Positions 18,175 to 29,380 of a stretch of DNA of 64,000 nucleotides are shown here, piece by piece. Origin of the DNA: an uncultured delta proteobacterium (lineage in GTDB: Bacteria; Desulfobacterota; Desulfobacteria; Desulfobacterales; B30-G6); NCBI GenBank assembly GCA_963823335.1, contig CAWGLD010000005.1, forward strand, positions 128,001-192,000. The letters are read 5' to 3'. Made by a program: the position numbers and the translations under genes. Positions within the stretch are counted from its first letter, which is position 1, and each line of letters begins with the position of its first letter. The notes under the pieces were generated by a model, which worked only from the letters and a program-made list of their open reading frames with translations, was not told the DNA's origin and did not search any database.

Positions 18175-18699
18175 ATGTCATACCAGAAAAGTGATTACAA
18201 AGAAGATCTCGACAGGGTTACAGCTGTCTTTCAAACCAATCTCGGGGAATTTGAAGCAGAGTTATATGCCCGGGAATGTCCCGAAACCGTATGGAACTTT
18301 ATCAACCTGGCAGAGGGTCGCCAGGAAGCCGACCGTCAGGGAAATTTTTACGATGGACTCACATTTCATCGGGTTATTGAAGGTTTCATGATTCAGGGCG
18401 GGTGTCCCCTCGGCTCCGGTACCGGTGGGCCCGGTTACCGCTTTAAGGACGAGTTCGATTCGTCATTACGACACGACAGCGAAGGCATCCTCTCCATGGC
18501 CAACGCAGGGCCCGGAACCAACGGGAGTCAGTTTTTTGTCACACTGGGCCCCACACCCCACCTGGATGACAGGCATTCGGTCTTTGGCAGGGTTGTCAAA
18601 GGAATGGAGGTCGTGAACAAAATCGGATCGGTTCAAACCGGATCGATGGACAAACCCGTGAAGCCGGTGTTGATGCAGGCTGTCACCATTAAGCGCTAA
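18175..18699 (+). CDS. Cyclophilin-type peptidyl-prolyl cis-trans isomerase
   Basis: FYDGLTFHRVIEGFMIQGGCP, SMANAGPGTNGSQFF, HLDDRHSVFG; start after RBS GGAGGAG. Confidence 0.95.
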   Translation: MSYQKSDYKEDLDRVTAVFQTNLGEFEAELYARECPETVWNFINLAEGRQEADRQGNFYDGLTFHRVIEGFMIQGGCPLGSGTGGPGYRFKDEFDSSLRHDSEGILSMANAGPGTNGSQFFVTLGPTPHLDDRHSVFGRVVKGMEVVNKIGSVQTGSMDKPVKPVLMQAVTIKR

Positions 18700-18712
18700 A
18701 ATCGTTACACGA

Positions 18713-18747
18713 TTAATAAATACGCGGCGAAGCCGCGTATTTATTAA
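18713..18747. repeat. Perfect 16-bp palindrome with GAA triloop
   Basis: TTAATAAATACGCGGC-GAA-GCCGCGTATTTATTAA, adjacent to a family A element. Confidence 0.9.
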
Positions 18748-18748
18748 A

Positions 18749-18873
18749 TTGAACCGAAATAGCGAGCGCATTCCCCGTAGGTTCTGCTGTCCGGCAGTGC
18801 TTCGCATGCTGCGGGGTTAGCGAGCGAATCTAAATTAGACAGAATTCCTTACGGTCGCTGCGAGGATCTTCAA
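18749..18873. repeat. REP/MITE-like element, family A (long form)
   Basis: TTGAACCGAAATAGCGAGCGCATTCCCCGTAG...GCTTCGCATGCTGCGGGG...GCTGCGAGGATCTTCAA. Confidence 0.85.
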
Positions 18874-18916
18874 TGATTGTCAACCTTGTCGTTCTAATAC
18901 ACTGAAAAGTATATAT

Positions 18917-18958
18917 AAAAAAATCCGGATCCTCTTTTAAAGGATCCGGATTTTTTTT
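18917..18958. terminator. Bidirectional intrinsic terminator between the PPIase gene and dnaK
   Basis: AAAAAAATCCGGATCCT-CTTTTAA-AGGATCCGGATTTTTTTT. Confidence 0.85.
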
Positions 18959-19029
18959 GATGGTTAAAACTGTTTTTTAGAGCCCGCAGTTATTTTGCTG
19001 GCGTCAGATAAAATCGCGCAGCGATTTTA

Positions 19030-20922
19030 TTAGGCTACCTCTTTGTATTCAGCGTCCACCACATCATCCTCAGGAATGTCGCCGGGAGATGCATTCTCAT
19101 GTTGTGAACCGGTACCGGCTGACTGTTGATAGGCTGTGGTTGCCATCTGCTGGGCAGCCTGGGTCAGGGCGTCGGTGAGGCGCTTGATTTCATGTATATC
19201 CCCACCGTTCATGGCTTGCTTCAGGCTGCTGATAGTTGCTTCAATCCCGGATTTCGTGGACGGATCCAGTTGGCCCCCCATTTCCGCCATGGATTTCTGA
19301 GTCTGGTAAATCAGGGCGTCGGCCTGGTTTCGCGCTTCCACAAGGACTTTCTTGCTTTTGTCCTCTTCTGCATGCAATGCCGCGTCATTCACCAGACGAT
19401 CGATTTCTTCCTTGGTAAGTCCGGAAGATGCCGTGATGCGTATGGATTGGGCTTTTCCAGTGGCCTGGTCTTTGGCGGAAACTTCCACGATGCCATTGGC
19501 GTCGATATCAAACGAGACCTCAATCTGTGGTGCCCCTCTGGGCGCAGGTGATATCCCCGTTAATTCAAAACGGCCCAGGGTCTTGTTGCCAGAGGCCATT
19601 TCCCGTTCACCCTGCAGCACATGAACGCTGACTGCCGGCTGGTTGTCTTCGGCCGTGGAAAAAACCTGACTTTTTTTTGCCGGAATGGTGGTATTTTTTT
19701 CGATGAGCCTGGTCATCACGCCTCCCAGTGTTTCGATACCGAGTGACAGGGGGGTAACATCCAGGAGCAGGACATCCTTGATGTCCCCTTTGAGTACCGC
19801 GCCTTGAATAGAAGCTCCCAGTGCAACGACTTCATCCGGATTGACACCCTTATTGGGCTCTTTCCCGAAAATCGTTTTGACCCGTTCCTGGACTGCAGGC
19901 ATGCGGGTCATACCCCCCACCAGGATGACTTCGTCTACGTCGCCGGTCGATAGGCCTGCATCCTTCAGAGCGGCCCGGCAGGGCCCCTCCAGTTTGGTCA
20001 GCAGATCTGCCACAAGCGATTCGAGTTTGGCACGGGTGATCTTGACGTTCAAATGCTTGGGCCCCGTGGCATCGGCCGTGATAAAAGGAAGATTGACATC
20101 TGTCTCAAGGGAGTTCGACAGTTCCATTTTGGCTTTTTCTGCGGCCTCTTTCAGACGTTGGAGCGCCATCTTGTCTTTACGTATGTCGATGCCCTGATCC
20201 TTTCTGAACTCATCGGCGATATAATCGATGATCCTGAGATCGAAATCCTCGCCCCCCAGATGGGTGTCCCCATTGGTGGCCTTGACTTCAAACACGCCAT
20301 CGCCGATTTCAAGTATGGACACATCGAAGGTACCGCCGCCCAGGTCGAATACGGCAATTTTTTCTTCGGTTTTTTTATCCATGCCATAGGCCAGGGAAGC
20401 CGCCGTAGGCTCGTTGACAATACGCAGGACATTCAAACCGGCGATCTTGCCGGCATCCTTGGTAGCCTGCCGTTGGCTGTCATTAAAGTAGGCCGGTACG
20501 GTAATGACGGCATCAATGATTTTTTCACCCAGAAACGCTTCGACCGACTTTTTGATGTCTGCCAGAATAAACGATGATATTTCCGCCGGGCTGTATTGTT
20601 TTCCTCGTATATTGAGTTGAACATCCCCATTGGGGGCTTTTTCAATGTTAAAGGGCAGATTTCGTATATCCGCCTGGATTTCCGGGGAGTCGAATTTCCG
20701 GCCGATGAGGCGTTTGACGCCGAAGATGGTGTTTTCGGGATTGGTGATGGCCTGGCGCTTGGCGATCTGTCCCACCAGTCGCTCTCCTTTGTCGGTGACC
20801 GCAACGACAGAGGGTGTGGTTCGGCCGCCCTCTTGATTATTGACAACTTTAGCCTCACCGCCCTCCATTATGGAAACACACGAGTTGGTGGTTCCCAGAT
20901 CGATACCAATTATTTTGCTCAT
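19030..20922 (-). CDS. dnaK: Molecular chaperone DnaK (Hsp70), stand-alone copy
   Basis: [45 protein letters not shown]-terminus; RBS AAGGAGG. Confidence 0.97.
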   Translation of the reverse strand: MSKIIGIDLGTTNSCVSIMEGGEAKVVNNQEGGRTTPSVVAVTDKGERLVGQIAKRQAITNPENTIFGVKRLIGRKFDSPEIQADIRNLPFNIEKAPNGDVQLNIRGKQYSPAEISSFILADIKKSVEAFLGEKIIDAVITVPAYFNDSQRQATKDAGKIAGLNVLRIVNEPTAASLAYGMDKKTEEKIAVFDLGGGTFDVSILEIGDGVFEVKATNGDTHLGGEDFDLRIIDYIADEFRKDQGIDIRKDKMALQRLKEAAEKAKMELSNSLETDVNLPFITADATGPKHLNVKITRAKLESLVADLLTKLEGPCRAALKDAGLSTGDVDEVILVGGMTRMPAVQERVKTIFGKEPNKGVNPDEVVALGASIQGAVLKGDIKDVLLLDVTPLSLGIETLGGVMTRLIEKNTTIPAKKSQVFSTAEDNQPAVSVHVLQGEREMASGNKTLGRFELTGISPAPRGAPQIEVSFDIDANGIVEVSAKDQATGKAQSIRITASSGLTKEEIDRLVNDAALHAEEDKSKKVLVEARNQADALIYQTQKSMAEMGGQLDPSTKSGIEATISSLKQAMNGGDIHEIKRLTDALTQAAQQMATTAYQQSAGTGSQHENASPGDIPEDDVVDAEYKEVA

Positions 20923-21244
20923 TTTCAGTTCCTCCTTTGATGCATGACCGCCCGGCAAGAGAAAAAGTGCAGGTTTCAGCTGTCGACCGTCATGCAGTCA
21001 GAATGATGTATATGGGCAAAAAAATAAACACCCTGGCAAAATAGTCAATAATGAACATAAAATATTTCATTACTAATTATGATATTATAACAAAAAGTAA
21101 TGAATCTGTTGAAAGTTAGAATGAAGAACCGTTTGCATACGCACGGATGGGAATAGACAATCAAAAGTGCAAAAGATTCTTGACGCTGACTAAAGGCCGT
21201 CCCATCCGTAAAAAATCAAGACATTCTGTATCTGATTGCCGGGC

Positions 21245-23245
21245 TCAAATTAATCCGAACTTTTTCATTTTATGATACAGTGTTCGACGTGGAATATTCA
21301 GTAATCTTAAGGTCTTATTACGGTTCCAATTGGATTTGTTGAGTGCATCGAGAAGAAGATTCTTTTCATAAGACGCCACTTTATGTTTAAGATTAAGGTC
21401 TGAAGGATCCATCGCGATTGATGTTTTAGGGCGGTTATCTGCGGGGGTGTTGAAGAGACGATAACTTTCCAAAAAATCGAGATTGCCTATGGCGATATAT
21501 CGTTGCAATGTATTTTGTAGTTCTCTGACATTTCCAGGCCAGTGGAAGTTATAAATTGCCTCCATGTATTTAGCCGGCAGAACGTGCGGTTGCTTTCCCT
21601 TGCTGAAGATTGAAAGGAAATGATCGACAAGTAGTTGAATGTCTTCCTTTCGATCCCTTAACGGCGGTAACGTTATAGGGACTATATGGATTCGATAATA
21701 GAAATCTTCTCGCATACTTCCCTTCTGCACGGCTTCGGTTATGTCTCTATTGGTGGCGGCAATGATCCGAAAATTTGAATGGCATATCTCATTGCTTCCA
21801 ACAGGTGAGTAGCCGCCTCCCTCAATGGCCCTCAACAGCTTACCCTGCATTCCCAGATCGATGCCGCCTACTTCATCAAGAAATAAATCACCCTCATTTG
21901 CTTTCTCAAGAAAGCCGGGTTTGTCCATATGGGCTCCGGTGAAAGCACCTTTTTTATGGCCAAAAAAAGAACTTTCCAACAAAGACTCTGGAATCGCCTG
22001 GCAATTGACGGTCACAAAAGCTTTTTCTGAACGAGCGCTCATGTTATGTATAGCTTTGGCCACCAGTTCTTTTCCCGTGCCCGATTCACCATAGATAACA
22101 ACGTTTGCATCAGAACTTGCTGCACGGATAATCAATTCATACACTTTTTGCATGGCCGGGCTTTTGCCGATAATATCAGCGAATCTAAAGCGATCTTTAA
22201 TGCTGGAGCGGAGTTTGATATTTTCCAGATGAAGATTTTCAGCATGTTCCTGGGTAGCTATTTCATTGAGCTTTCTTTCATTGATATCTCTCATGGTACA
22301 TAGAATTGCAGGTTTTCCATCCCATTGAATCCAGGAGTTATGCCCTTCAACCCAAAATTTTCGCCCATCCTTTGAAATGCATATTCCTTGAAAAATTTCC
22401 ATTCTGGGACTGTTTTTCTGATACGTATCACCGAGGGCTTCGAAGTGTTCTTTAATCTTTTGATAACGCGCTTTAAATTCATCGGATATCAAGTCCAAAA
22501 CATTTTTGCCAATCACCTGGCGTTTGTCTGAATATCGGAACATAATCAAAAAGGCGTCATTGACAAAAAGCAATTTGTTATCCCGGGATAGCATGATTCC
22601 GTCCGCAACATGGTTAGCCAGGAGTCGATATCGTTCCTCGCTTTCACCATACATCTTTTCAGCGCCTTTGCGTTCTTCTATTTCTTTGTTCAAAAGAATG
22701 TTTATCGCATTTAGGTCAGCGGTTCGTTTTTCAACCCTGTGCTCCAAGTCTTCATTGAGCCTGCGAACATTATCCTCGGCTTGGCTACGTACAGCAATTT
22801 CTTTTATGAGTAGGTCATTATTTTCTTTCAACTTCCTTTGCATCAAGCGAAAGGATAGATGAGTTCGAACCCGTGCCAATACTTCATCTCGCTGAAAAGG
22901 CTTGGTGATGAAGTCAACTCCCCCGGCTTCAAATCCTTTAACTTTATCTTTTATTGCCGTCAGGGCAGTCATAAATATTACAGGTATATCTTTTGTTGCT
23001 TCTTCTGCTTTCAAACGGCTGCATATCTCAAACCCATTTTGGCCAGGCATGAGCACATCCAGTAAAATAAGGCCCGGCCGGGTATAAGAGGCTTTTTGGA
23101 GTCCACTTTCACCGTCGCGGGCAACGAGTGCTTGAAATCCATTGTCTTCCAGAGTAGCCGAAATGAGGCCTATATTGATAGGATCATCATCGATTATCAG
23201 AATTGAATTGGATTCCTGATCGTGATATTGCAGGGATGCTTTCAT
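21245..23245 (-). CDS. Sigma54-dependent enhancer-binding response regulator (REC-PAS-AAA-Fis HTH)
   Basis: REC (IIDDD, LLDVLMP, KP), PAS, GESGTGKE, GAFTGA, FLDEV, WPGNVRELQN, C-terminal HTH. Confidence 0.95.
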   Translation of the reverse strand: MKASLQYHDQESNSILIIDDDPINIGLISATLEDNGFQALVARDGESGLQKASYTRPGLILLDVLMPGQNGFEICSRLKAEEATKDIPVIFMTALTAIKDKVKGFEAGGVDFITKPFQRDEVLARVRTHLSFRLMQRKLKENNDLLIKEIAVRSQAEDNVRRLNEDLEHRVEKRTADLNAINILLNKEIEERKGAEKMYGESEERYRLLANHVADGIMLSRDNKLLFVNDAFLIMFRYSDKRQVIGKNVLDLISDEFKARYQKIKEHFEALGDTYQKNSPRMEIFQGICISKDGRKFWVEGHNSWIQWDGKPAILCTMRDINERKLNEIATQEHAENLHLENIKLRSSIKDRFRFADIIGKSPAMQKVYELIIRAASSDANVVIYGESGTGKELVAKAIHNMSARSEKAFVTVNCQAIPESLLESSFFGHKKGAFTGAHMDKPGFLEKANEGDLFLDEVGGIDLGMQGKLLRAIEGGGYSPVGSNEICHSNFRIIAATNRDITEAVQKGSMREDFYYRIHIVPITLPPLRDRKEDIQLLVDHFLSIFSKGKQPHVLPAKYMEAIYNFHWPGNVRELQNTLQRYIAIGNLDFLESYRLFNTPADNRPKTSIAMDPSDLNLKHKVASYEKNLLLDALNKSNWNRNKTLRLLNIPRRTLYHKMKKFGLI

Positions 23246-26200
23246 TTATTGATCTTCTTATATGTCTTGATAAATCTCAGGATTTTACCTTCCTCAAAGT
23301 GTTCGGCTAAAGTGCACAGCGTACGGGCAAAGGGGCCATATTCAGGTGCCATTTTATCGATTTGTTTTGCTTTATTTAGGATTCCGCGCATATCTCCGCG
23401 CAAGGCCAGGTCATACAAAAAATCTATCTCGGATGGCGGTGCAGGATTGGTTATAGATTTTGTTTGTCCTTCAACGAACGCGTTTGTGGCCGCTTCATCA
23501 TAAATCCATTCCAGCCTCAAATATTTTTCTATCATGGCGGCAAGTTTAGTCCAGTTAATGGGTTTCGGTAGAAAACCATCATAGCCCATCTCTTTGCTCA
23601 ACGCCTGATCTTTTTCCGAAACGCTGGCTGAAACAGCGATGATGGTCGTCGATTTGCATTCGGCCATGTTGCGTATTTGTTTCACCGCTTCAAGGCCATC
23701 CATTACCGGCATCCAACGGTCCATTAGTATGAGATCAAAGCACATTTCCTTTGCGAATTGTACTGCCTGTAAACCATTTTTCGCTTGAACAACCTTAAAT
23801 CCCACCGGCTCCAGCAGGTCAACCAATATATCCCGGTTGGACGAAATGTCATCAACGACCAACACCTTCCGTTGGGGTCCCTTGTATCCTTTCATAATAC
23901 GACCTGAGGACCGGACCTCTTCTTCCGCCAACGCGGCCACCTGTAATACGAGTTCAAACCAGAAGCGGCTACCTGTGCCAACACGGCTTTCAACGGACAG
24001 GTTGCCACCCATTACCTTTACCAGTTGGTTACTGATTGCCAAACCCAGGCCTGTTCCACCGATTTGATAATCCTTATTTCTAACCTGCTCGAAAGGTTTA
24101 AAAATGCGTTCATACTGATCGTGAGAGATCCCGATACCTGTATCCTCTATTTCGAAACGAAGCCGGACATGTGATTCCAGCGGATTGGGATTTATTGGTT
24201 TAGGAACGTCCTTATTGATAATGCGCAAGACCACATGACCGGTTTCGGTGTACTTGATGGCATTGTCCAGTAAATTGAGCAAAATCTGGCGAAGACGGGT
24301 CTCATCAGCAAGCAGGAAGGGCGGAGTGGTGTTCGATTTTTCAAGATTGACTTTTAGGCCTTTGGTTTCAGCACGAGAGTGCGTGACCGCGACGATGTTT
24401 TCAATGAAGCTCGGTAAATGGATGGGGGTAACCTGAAGTTCAACCTTGCCGGACTCAATCCTGGCAATATCCAGGATATCGTTTATCAGTGTCAAAAGAT
24501 GTTCGCCGCTGCTGTGGATGATATGAAGTCGTTCCTTTTGCCTCTTGGTCAGGTTTTTCTTCTCTTTAAGGATCTGGGCATATCCTATTACCGCATTTAG
24601 CGGCGTGCGTAACTCATGGCTCATGCTGGCCAAAAATTCGCTTTTCGCCCGGCTCGCAGCCTCAGCTTGATCCTTGGCGACAGATAACTCCGCGGTTCTT
24701 TCTATAACCTTTGTTTCGAGATCGTCATGCGCTTTCTTTAATATCTCTTGAGTCTGTCTGCGATCGGTGATATCGGTCAGAATTCCTTCTATACATATCA
24801 GTCGACCATCATTGTTTCGGATGGCTCTCGAGTTGAGAGAGGTCCAAATGATGTTCTTGTCTTTTTTATACAATTGAACTTCAAAGCTTTCAACTACGTC
24901 ATTCTCCTCAAACCGCTTTAAGAGTTCTTCCCGACGCGTATAATCGACATAAGTCTGCTTTCCGATATCGGAGACGCTTGTTACCAGATCGGTGGGGTCG
25001 TCATATCCCAGGATCGAAGCCATGGAGGGGTTGGCATTGAAAATTCTGCCATCGGGGGTTGTTTGATAAATACCCTCCACGGCATTTTCGAAAATACCAC
25101 GATATTTCTCTTCGGCTTCTTTGAGTTCATCAAGTTGTTCCCTGAGTTTGTTGGTCATTTCATTGAACGATTTGGAAAGCTGTCCGACCTCGTCATTGCC
25201 CTTGATATGAATCGTTTTGTCCAGATTGCCTTTCCGGATCTCGTTGGCGACCCTCGTCAATTTTTTTATCGGTGAGACCGCGGAGATCCAAATGACAAAG
25301 ATCACAATGGTAAATAAGAGAAGGCTGGCACCAATGGCACCGAAAATGAAGTTTATGCGAAAGCGTGGGAGAAATTCGATTATTTCCTGCCTGGGTACGA
25401 CAATTGCGAAATACCAATCAAGAATATTCAATTTGTACGAAAATAAGTAATGAATATTTTCGTTTTGATAAAACCGGCGAATATCGAATCTGCTGCTGTC
25501 GTTTCTATTCTGGGCGATTTCGGCGATGACACGTGTAAGCTCCTTGTCCTCCAACTCGGAACTGCTGAGCAAGGTGCCCATTTTTGCGCTTTTTAACAAA
25601 TTAATTAGATACTTGGGGTGGACGATAATGTTTTTTTGGGCATCGAAAATAAATCCATAACCCGAGTTGAAGTATTTTTTATCTAAAATTTCCGAGTAAA
25701 TATCGTCGAGAATAACATCGTGTCCTACAATACCGAGAAATTCCCGGTCTATATAGATGGGTGTAATCAGGCTGGTCATCCAATGCTTCCATATGGAATC
25801 GTAATAGGGTTTGGTCCATTTGGCCTTGCCTTGAGGACTGTGTTGGGGATCCGCGATATAGTAAAATATGTCCTGATTGAAATCGTGGTTCGCTTCGATC
25901 TGTAGCGCCCAGTCTTTCTCATAAATGCGGATAAGCTGGTGCCTGGTGATCAAATACATGTTGAATACAAACGGCTTGACTCCCTTGGCATAATTTTCGA
26001 ATTTTTCCTCGGTTGCAGATATTATTTGCCGGATCTCGTCATCCAATTCACTGCGATTGGATAAAAAAACACCGGAGATATCTTGATCGGAATAGGCCGC
26101 AAGATTGGTGCGAAGCGCACCGTCAATATATTGAAATTTATAATTAAAATTCATGTTTGATTTCAAGGGACTCTGAAGCCAATTTTGAATGATCTTTTCC

Positions 26201-26466
26201 GATTTTTGACCCAAGGCTTCCAACCACTTGAAATGCTCATCGATATCTTTGGCTTCATCGATGGTGAGAATGCTGATGGACTCTTCCATGTTTTCAAGGA
26301 TTTGGATTTCAAGAATTCTTTCAGCTACGAGACCGATTACGAGAAAAAAACATAAAAAAACAGGAGCGACCGCATATGTTACCTTCTGAATCAGGTTCAG
26401 CCTGCCCCAAACAAAACTGATTTTTTGTTGAAATATCCTCAATATGTTTATACTATCTGTCGACAT
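23242..26466 (-). CDS. Hybrid sensor histidine kinase (dCache-HAMP-PAS-HisKA-HATPase-REC)
   Basis: Two TM segments flank a Cache-like domain (WTKPYYD..GIVGHD); HAMP DEVGQL; PAS; SHELRTPLN; NAIKYT; DTGIG; GTGLGL; C-terminal REC. Confidence 0.93.
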   Translation of the reverse strand: MSTDSINILRIFQQKISFVWGRLNLIQKVTYAVAPVFLCFFLVIGLVAERILEIQILENMEESISILTIDEAKDIDEHFKWLEALGQKSEKIIQNWLQSPLKSNMNFNYKFQYIDGALRTNLAAYSDQDISGVFLSNRSELDDEIRQIISATEEKFENYAKGVKPFVFNMYLITRHQLIRIYEKDWALQIEANHDFNQDIFYYIADPQHSPQGKAKWTKPYYDSIWKHWMTSLITPIYIDREFLGIVGHDVILDDIYSEILDKKYFNSGYGFIFDAQKNIIVHPKYLINLLKSAKMGTLLSSSELEDKELTRVIAEIAQNRNDSSRFDIRRFYQNENIHYLFSYKLNILDWYFAIVVPRQEIIEFLPRFRINFIFGAIGASLLLFTIVIFVIWISAVSPIKKLTRVANEIRKGNLDKTIHIKGNDEVGQLSKSFNEMTNKLREQLDELKEAEEKYRGIFENAVEGIYQTTPDGRIFNANPSMASILGYDDPTDLVTSVSDIGKQTYVDYTRREELLKRFEENDVVESFEVQLYKKDKNIIWTSLNSRAIRNNDGRLICIEGILTDITDRRQTQEILKKAHDDLETKVIERTAELSVAKDQAEAASRAKSEFLASMSHELRTPLNAVIGYAQILKEKKNLTKRQKERLHIIHSSGEHLLTLINDILDIARIESGKVELQVTPIHLPSFIENIVAVTHSRAETKGLKVNLEKSNTTPPFLLADETRLRQILLNLLDNAIKYTETGHVVLRIINKDVPKPINPNPLESHVRLRFEIEDTGIGISHDQYERIFKPFEQVRNKDYQIGGTGLGLAISNQLVKVMGGNLSVESRVGTGSRFWFELVLQVAALAEEEVRSSGRIMKGYKGPQRKVLVVDDISSNRDILVDLLEPVGFKVVQAKNGLQAVQFAKEMCFDLILMDRWMPVMDGLEAVKQIRNMAECKSTTIIAVSASVSEKDQALSKEMGYDGFLPKPINWTKLAAMIEKYLRLEWIYDEAATNAFVEGQTKSITNPAPPSEIDFLYDLALRGDMRGILNKAKQIDKMAPEYGPFARTLCTLAEHFEEGKILRFIKTYKKINK

Positions 26467-26496
26467 GGTCCTGCTTTACCTAAATTGAACGGAAAG

Positions 26497-26606
26497 TATG
26501 CGCAATAACCGGCATAAAATACACTTATATTGCCCAAACATATTATGTCAATAAAAATCAGATAGTAAGAAAATAAATAGTATTATTGTGGGCAAATAGT
26601 TGCACA
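26497..26606. promoter_or_regulatory. Two candidate enhancer (UAS) sites for the sigma54 activator
   Basis: TATGCGCAATAACCGGCATA (26497-26516) and TGTGGGCAAATAGTTGCACA (26587-26606) are related imperfect palindromes upstream of the -24/-12 promoter. Confidence 0.45.
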
Positions 26607-26670
26607 TAGAGTAGTCACGTCTAAATGAAATATCACATATTTCATAGTCATGTAGACACTGCATCTAATT

Positions 26671-26686
26671 TGGCACACTCATTGCT
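26671..26686 (+). promoter_or_regulatory. Sigma54 (-24/-12) promoter
   Basis: TGGCAC-ACTCA-TTGCT matches the consensus, 78 bp upstream of the permease ATG and divergent from a GAFTGA activator. Confidence 0.9.
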
Positions 26687-26764
26687 TTATTTGTGCTCAT
26701 TGTGTTAATGACATTCATTGCATTAATCATATTCAATGTGTTGTTTAAAGGGGAGTGAAACGTA

Positions 26765-27623
26765 ATGAAAGAAAAAAGTCCAGGGTTTCTATTGGCGTTA
26801 CCGAGCATCATCTTGCTGGTTGTTTGTTTTATTCTTCCGCTATTGCTGGTTGTTCTCTATTCGTTTCAGCAACCTTATTCATTTGAAATCTCGACAGACT
26901 TTAGCCTCCTAAATTTTATAGATTTTTTTGGCGAAGGATACTATTCTTCGCTTGGATGGTCAGTCCTGTTGGCTTTTTTGACCACTGTCATCCTTTTTCT
27001 GCTATGTTACCCATGTGCTTATGGTATGGCGAAAGGTTTTCCCCAAAGCATCCATCTGGATCACCCTTTTGCTCGTAATGCCGATTTTTGTCACAAGTAA
27101 TATCCGGCTGTTCGGCTGGACCCTGATCCTGATTAAAGGGGGATATCTCAGTTTTTTGACCAGCTGGATTCCAGGTATGGAGAATGCTGAGTTTCTGTAT
27201 AATTTTCCCATAATCCTGATGGGGATGGTCTATATTTATTTTCCTTTTATGTTGTTCCCCATGGAATTGGGGATATTTATGGTTGATGACGAAGCAGTTG
27301 AGGCTGCCATAGATCTCGGGGCCAGTCGCTGGCAGGTTTTAAAGGAGGTGGAGCTTCCCATGGCTTCAGCCGGTATTTTTATCGGATCTCTGCTGGTCTT
27401 CGTGTTATCGTTGGGCGCTATGGTTGAGGCCCAAGTGTTGGGCGGCAGCACGGTTGTACCATTTGCCGATGATATTCACCACGCCTTTTCATTTCAGCAG
27501 AACTGGCCTTTGGGATCAGCTCTCGCGGTTATTCTCTTGGCCATTACACTTGTCTTAATAGCTGTGGTATTACGCTATGTGGATCTGGACAAATTACTTG
27601 GCTCCAGAGCAAAGCTAGGTTAG
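26765..27623 (+). CDS. Pot-type ABC permease (PotB-like); apparent +1 frameshift near 27033
   Basis: ORFs 26765..27100 and 27015..27623 join as ...AYGMAK/VFPKASIW... if one A is removed; EAAIDLGAS motif. Confidence 0.8.
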
Positions 27624-27668
27624 AGGTAGCTCGAGCAATTTAGCGGTATTTTGAGGGAGACTATTATT

Positions 27669-28458
27669 ATGAAAAAAAAACTAAGTTATAGAAAACCTTT
27701 GCTGGCCGTCTACATCTTGTCGCTTATAGTGTTTTTGCAGGCACCGGCCATGTCATTGCTGGTGAGTTCATTTTCGGCTGATAAATACTTTCACTTTCCC
27801 TTCGAAGAACTTACTGCACGATGGTTCATTGAAATGTTTCATTCCGGCGGTATCAGGCATGCACTTGGAAACAGTGTTGATGACGGCACTTGTGACCATG
27901 ATACCTACGACCTTGCTCGGTTTTCTGGGAGCACTTGCTTTTGCAAGATTCAAATGGCGTGGGCGCGGTATTTACCAGAAATTTCTGCTGTTGCCGATTT
28001 TTTTCCCGCAATTGGTTTTGGCCCTTGCCCAGTTACTGATGTGCAATTACTTCAAGATTAATACTTCCTGGATCGTGGCCGGCATTTCTCATATGGTATG
28101 GATGCTACCGATCGTGACAATGGTTATTGCCATCCAGATTTATGGGTATGACGTAACCATGGAAGAGGCCGCCTATGACCTGGGTGCTTCGACGTGGCAG
28201 GTGTTTAAGGAAGTGACGCTGCCGGTATTGATGCTGGGGATTGTGTCGGGAGCGCTTTTTGCATTTCTGCTTTCCTGGAGCGATTTTGAATTGTCCCTGT
28301 TCTTACAGGGTACCGACCAGATGCTTCCGGTATACATATACGGAAAAATGACCGGAGGCTTTTCTCCTACGGCACCGGCTCTCTCGGCGACAGTTTATAT
28401 TTTTTCAGCAGCAGCTTTGTTTATTCCCTTTTGGTTTTTGAATAAAGCGAATGATTAA
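27669..28458 (+). CDS. Pot-type ABC permease (PotC-like); apparent +1 frameshift near 27876
   Basis: Joins as ...ALGNS/LMTALV...; EEAAYDLGAS motif. Confidence 0.8.
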
Positions 28459-28481
28459 AATCTGAAATAAGTGAGGCAGGT

Positions 28482-29273
28482 ATGGGGAAGTTAGACCAAA
28501 AAGTGGCCGTGGTCACAGGCGCAGCCATGGGAAACGGTGAGGGGATTGCGAGGGTATTTGCAAAACATGGGGCACAGGTTTTGCTGTGGGATATAGCTGA
28601 CAAGGTTGTTGATACGGCAAAATCCATTGAAGACGCCGGGGGTAAAGCAGACAGCTTCATGGTGGACGTCACGAATTACGCCCAATGCGATAAAGCCGCA
28701 AAGGAGGCGGTCGCCAAGTTCGGGCGAATTGATATTCTGTGTGCCAATGCCGGTATTATCCGCCTGGGAAGCTTTATGGATATGAGCGATGAAGTGCGTG
28801 ATTTTCATTTCGATGTCAACATAAAGGGCGTGTGGAACTCATGTAAAGCGGTGTTGCCCAGCATGCTCCAAATGGGTGATGGGCGGATTGTTGTTTTATC
28901 ATCCGTAACCGGCCCAATGGTGGCAGATCCCGGCGAGGTGGCATATGCCACCACAAAAGCCGCTCTGTGGGGTTTTACGAAGGCTTTAGCACGGGAATAC
29001 GCGGAAAAACAAATAAGAGTCAATGCTATTTGTCCCGGCTATATTCACACTCCCATGGCCGACCAGATCGCCACTGACTCCCAGCCCGATGATCCCGAAT
29101 CAGTTCTCGAGGGTATCCGTCGAGGTGTGCCCATTGGCCGGCTTGGTCAAATCTCTGAAGTCGGGGAACTGGCTGCCTTCTTGGCATCGGACGAATCCAG
29201 TTACATCAGCGGTACATCGGTGGTGATTGATGGCGGCAGCACGCTGCCAGAGACGGTCAGTGTGGGTGCCTGA
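28482..29273 (+). CDS. ucpA: SDR family oxidoreductase, UcpA-like
   Basis: TGAAMGNG, SSVTGPMVADPGEVAYATTK, IDGGSTLPETVSVG C-terminus characteristic of UcpA. Confidence 0.8.
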   Translation: MGKLDQKVAVVTGAAMGNGEGIARVFAKHGAQVLLWDIADKVVDTAKSIEDAGGKADSFMVDVTNYAQCDKAAKEAVAKFGRIDILCANAGIIRLGSFMDMSDEVRDFHFDVNIKGVWNSCKAVLPSMLQMGDGRIVVLSSVTGPMVADPGEVAYATTKAALWGFTKALAREYAEKQIRVNAICPGYIHTPMADQIATDSQPDDPESVLEGIRRGVPIGRLGQISEVGELAAFLASDESSYISGTSVVIDGGSTLPETVSVGA

Positions 29274-29380
29274 AGGAAATGTTAAAATTTCATTTGGATA
29301 CATTTTATTAACATAATATTTGGCTTTAACATTGAGTATTAGTCGCAAAGTCGGGGACAATTTTTGAGAGGAGAAGCGTA

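Noticed and set aside
21143-21210. ACGGATGGGA...TCCCATCCGT inverted repeat as a riboswitch
   Set aside because: Only a 10-bp stem with a long loop and no recognisable aptamer motifs.
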